DNA of 39,855 nt. Source: Mesotaenium endlicherianum (taxonomy: Eukaryota). The stretch covers positions 381,237 to 421,091 of the forward strand of contig WELA01000805.1 in assembly GCA_009602735.1 (NCBI GenBank). The letters are read 5' to 3'. The notes beneath the pieces are model-generated. The model was not told the DNA's origin. It made no database searches and saw nothing but the letters and a program-made list of their open reading frames with translations. The translations under genes were made by a program, and so were the position numbers. The number at the start of each line of letters is the position of its first letter. Position 1 is the first letter of the stretch. Below are positions 35,824 through 39,855 of the stretch, piece by piece.

Positions 35824-36592
35824 ATGAGGGGCCCCCAGATGGCGGCTCAGCAGTGGCCTTCGAAGGCCGCTGCTGTGCTCGCAGTATCTCTCATGATTCT
35901 TGCTGGCGCTCTTCCGTCAGTCGCTTGCACCGGTAATTCGTCCTGAACGAGTACAAGAGAAGCAGGATGGACCATGAATCATAGGAACATAGAAGCTGTT
36001 TTGTACTTCTGTGATATCTCAGCACAAGGGAGCCTGCCTCTCTGAATTTCCAAGTGTATTGGATATAGCATGTACACTATACTTCATGAGGGCTATGAGG
36101 AGAGGCCGTGTTAACAAGCATGCTGAATTGACGATACTTGCAGAAAACAGGAAACTGCTTATAAGCCTACAAGGACGTACTTTAAAAGCATCAGTGAGAG
36201 ATGTTTTTGCTGTCAGCTCCTGCCGTAGTAGCCAAAATAGGAAAGTCCCAAAAGAAGCACACCTCAAATTAACTAATATATTTTCATGCGGAGCTTGATG
36301 AAGCCGCTTGGTGCATGGGAGGTATACTCATACAGTCATGTTTTCATGTTCTCGCCAACTTCCCCATGCAGGTGTGGTACTTACGGAGCCCGTCTCAGCG
36401 AGAGTGCGCAACATGCTTCCCGACCCGGAGGCCGTCATAGTGAAGAAGCCCACCTCTATTTTCCGATCCCTTGCGGAGAGGCGCAGCCTGGCTTCCAAGA
36501 CTCGTAGGTTTTGCGCTGTTACTCTAGCATAGGCACAAGCACATGCACATGCACATGCACACGCGCGCACGCACAGACACATGCAACCATAA

Positions 36593-36644
<52 letters not shown>

Positions 36645-39600
36645 GCTTACACACACAGAGACGCGCACAATTCTACTAACGATCTGCAGTTGAGAGCACT
36701 GAATGAAAGAAAAAAATTTCCGATGCGGCTATCCTTCTCGAGTTTCACATCATAGGCTACGCATATTGTGACCCTTGCTCACATGAAACTGAGCCACTTG
36801 CTTCCAACATAAAGAAAAACATGAGCACCGGCTCCACTGTCCTTCTCACAAAGGGCAAGCAAGGGCAACTCAGCAGAGCACGAGTGATCTGTTTAACTGA
36901 CAATGTTGTCTCGACTTCATGTGCCTGCAGAGAAGAATGTGGCGTGGTGCTGGGACGAGCAGTGTCTCATCAACGCAATCGTGAACCAGACCCTCAACAT
37001 CTACCTCGTCCAGGACATCACCCTACAGCAGGGGTGCCTCCCCGTCATCAACTTCACGACGACGATCGGAGGCACTTGCTTGAGGGGAAGCTGCCGCATA
37101 GACGCTCAGGGAAAGTCACAGGTAAGCTTTGGCCGGCCGCACTTTACAGAGCTAGGTTGTCATTTGTCTCCCTGAGCAATTCATCAGTTCCTTTTTTTTG
37201 TGACAGCATCAGTTCTAGAAAAGACTGTTGGCTCTCAGTTTGAGCACGTTCACAAGGTCAAGAACTTACTTCTGAGGAACTAGAAGCCCGATGCAATGTG
37301 CCTCCAACTTCCAGGACTTGGCCAGAAACCTTACATCTGATTGTCATAAATTTTCCACAACATGACGTGGGGCAAAAGGCTAAAGACGAGCCTTCTCCTG
37401 ATTCTGATCCTCGTGTTTGTACCTTCCTGTGCTTGTTCGCAGATATTCCACGTGGCTCCTGGAGGCGACCTCACTCTTAACGAGCTCGAGCTGGACAATG
37501 GAGCAGCCGCAGACGGGGCCAACAACATGGGAGGGGCCGTCTTTGTAGCAGGCGCTGCAACCTCGACAGCTGGCGCCAAGGGGGGTGCCCGCTTGGCTGC
37601 TATCAATGTGCGCTTTCTCAACAACACAGCAAGCTTCAAAGGAGGAGCCGTTGCAATCCAAGCCAACTCCACAGCCTATTTCCGTGGATGCGAGTTCATG
37701 ATGAACTGTGCCAAGGTATGCCTCTACCCTTCCTCTACTGTGTGTGTAAGCGTATTACTTTAGCCTCAATCTGTTGCTTCAATCTAGCTCTCCGGTATAA
37801 TGATGAGCATGCTTGCACTCAGCAGGCTGTCTGCACTTTGCGCTGGCCCAGGCCGGCTGCAAGTGGGATGTTACTGCTTTTCCCTGAAAGCCTCAGAATC
37901 AAGAAATTCCATTGGGCATTTTCTGACACGTTATATTTATGTTTCCACGGACAGCTGACAGTGGCTTTCTTTCTGAGTTGAGCAGCCCCTCTGGGAGGGA
38001 ATGGGTGCGATTGCGCTCGGAGGAGCGGTTTACGTCGGATCGGATGAGAGACGCAGCGCCTCGGGGGGTTGTGGCAGCAATGCGTGTGTGACATTTGTGG
38101 CCAGTGTGTTCCTGAATAACAATGCAACCTATGGAGGTGCCGTCTTTGTTGACGACTCCGCTATCAACTGCAAGCAGGTGAGTGCTAACCGCCTGCTTGT
38201 TTGATGAGCGTACCCATGTTCCGCTATGCTCGCATCGCATTCAATGCTCGATCGATCTTCTGTTGCACGTGTGTGGACAAGAAATGGATCATAAGAATTT
38301 GATGCAATACTACGTCACCTTATTGATTGTTGCCTTGAAGTTTAATACCCAGAGTAGATTTCTAAAGTACTTAATGGCATACGTGTGACTCGCTTTCTCA
38401 ATATGAGCAGACTGGAGGTGGCCGGGCCGACTTCCAGAACGTTCTGTTTGCAAAGAATATAGCTACCGAGAACGGAGGAGCAGTTGATCTCAGCTTCAGA
38501 AGCAGTGGCGCCATCGGCTACTTCAAGACAGTCACCTTCAACTACAACTCTGCAGGGGTAATTAGCTCAATGGACTGTCAACATCTGCAAATTTGTATAT
38601 CTTCATGCAGTCAGCCTGGTTCTTTCGTTGAGTTGGCGCTGCATGAGAAGCTTGCCACATCATATTGAATCTAGGAGGATTGTCTGCCATTATGATACAT
38701 ATAAGCCCATGTGCACCTCATACTGATCCGCTCTGTTCTGTGCGGTGATCATGGGTGCAGGGCTCTGGAGGAGCTGTGTATGCAGAGAGGGGACATGAGC
38801 TTGCACGCGGAGTTGAAGCCGTCTACTTTGATACGACCTTCCTCTACAACACTGCAGCTGTATGTATCCTTCTCTGCCCTCCAGAAACTCATGCACATAA
38901 CATATCCACATACATGCACATGGGGGCACGGGCTTACATAAGCACACATCTGTATGTGTGTGTCTTGCAAGACCACTCTAGTATGTTTGCAGCAACTTGC
39001 CTGCTTTCTCTAGCATACAAAATGCTGCCCAGCTGCCGCTGCTTGGAGGTGTGCACTAGTCTGCACCACCCTCAACATCCAGGTACTATTAGTACTTAAA
39101 TAAGATATAAGGGACCGTGCTTTGACCCTTTCTGACTCGCAGCCAAGTGTCTATTTGATTCAACTGTCTCCTTGATAATGAGCAGAGAGGACAAGCAGTT
39201 GTTGCCTCCGCTTGGAGTACAGCAACATCCCAGGGCAGCGACTACACCTCTCCTGAGGATCCCGTGGTTATAGAGGATTTTGTGTGCGATGGCAACTGCA
39301 CTTTCTGCCCAGACCGCTTGGTCTTCCCCCAGCTTGCTGGTAACGGCACGATTTCTGTGTCAGGTGAGCCCACCCTCTAGCCCCATGCACCATGCACATC
39401 TTGACACGCCCTTCAATCCATCATACTGACTTGACTACAGCAGCTCCCTTCTTCAAAGTAGGCACAGTTGCCTTCAGTACATGCATGACCATTTCCCATA
39501 CAGTGCATAGGACTGCTCACTGCAATAAGAATTTCGCCAAGCAGTACGCATATCTTCACGATCTCCGTTCTGAGATGGAGCCCTGACCATGCAATTTGGC

Positions 39601-39855
39601 TGAAACTGGCAGATGACTGCCCGGACGACCCACCGGCCAACTTGTGCGGCTACATTCCGAGCAACTGCCCCCCTGCACCGCCCACTCCTCTCGCTCCTCT
39701 CACCGCCACTCCAGCAATGTCACCACCTCCTCCTTCCCCGCCCCCTCCTTCTCCCTCACCACCACCACCCAGCCCGTCTCCCCCACCCCCATCGCCATCA
39801 CCCCCGCCTCCATCCCCTAACCCACCACCCCCATCGCCTTCACCCCCACCCCCCT
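35824..39855 (+). CDS. Secreted pectin-lyase-like/Pmp-repeat beta-helix protein with Cys-rich linker and SPPPP extensin (HRGP) region; 3' truncated by window end
   Basis: Exons 35824-35932 (signal peptide AAAVLAVSLMILAGALPSVAC), 36372-36503, 36931-37121, 37443-37715, 37986-38177, 38411-38557, 38761-38859, 39186-39363, 39613->39855; all GT-AG and in phase. Six GGAV and six FxxN motifs (FLNN, FMMN, FLNN, FAKN, FNYN, FLYN). Final exon reads MSPPPPSPPPPSPSPPPPSPSPPPPSPSPPPPSPNPPPPSPSPPPP. Confidence 0.85.
36533..36670. repeat. (CA)n microsatellite in intron 2 of the Pmp-extensin gene
   Basis: Perfect AC run ~36597-36641 with degenerate CA/CG flanks. Confidence 0.95.

Noticed and set aside
37800..37887. 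Intronic C/D snoRNA candidate (ATGATGA ... CTGA)
   Set aside because: No terminal stem and no recognisable rRNA or snRNA antisense guide; the boxes alone are common by chance.
1..39855. Transposon, LTR, viral or CRISPR features
   Set aside because: No transposase, RT or integrase motifs, terminal repeats or repeat-spacer arrays were seen by eye.

Overview
Eukaryotic, intron-rich genomic DNA with GC-rich exons, microsatellite-laden introns and five N-gaps. Plant-type protein families and SP4 extensin motifs point to a streptophyte green alga or similar (inference). Most entries in the six-frame ORF track are artefacts of simple repeats. Splicing by hand (donor/acceptor sites plus phase continuity) gives five genes. 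(1) CHIP/STUB1 TPR-U-box E3 ligase on minus, 3' part not found in the window. (2) A ~1,600-aa PX-domain plus Rubicon-homology zinc-finger protein on plus. (3) VPS23/ELC/TSG101 of ESCRT-I on minus. (4) A 13-exon FIP37/WTAP m6A-writer subunit on plus, with a GC-AG intron. (5) A secreted protein fusing a Chlamydia Pmp-like GGAV/FxxN beta-helix to an SPPPP extensin tail on plus, running off the window end. No mobile element, CRISPR array or RNA gene could be supported. Most worth following up: the Pmp-extensin chimera and its modular phase-0 exons, acceptors lacking polypyrimidine tracts in introns with complementary C/G or CA/TG tracts, overlapping U2 and U12 signals in one intron, and an antisense exon-like unit inside a FIP37 intron. 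Family assignments come from recalled sequence motifs, not database searches.
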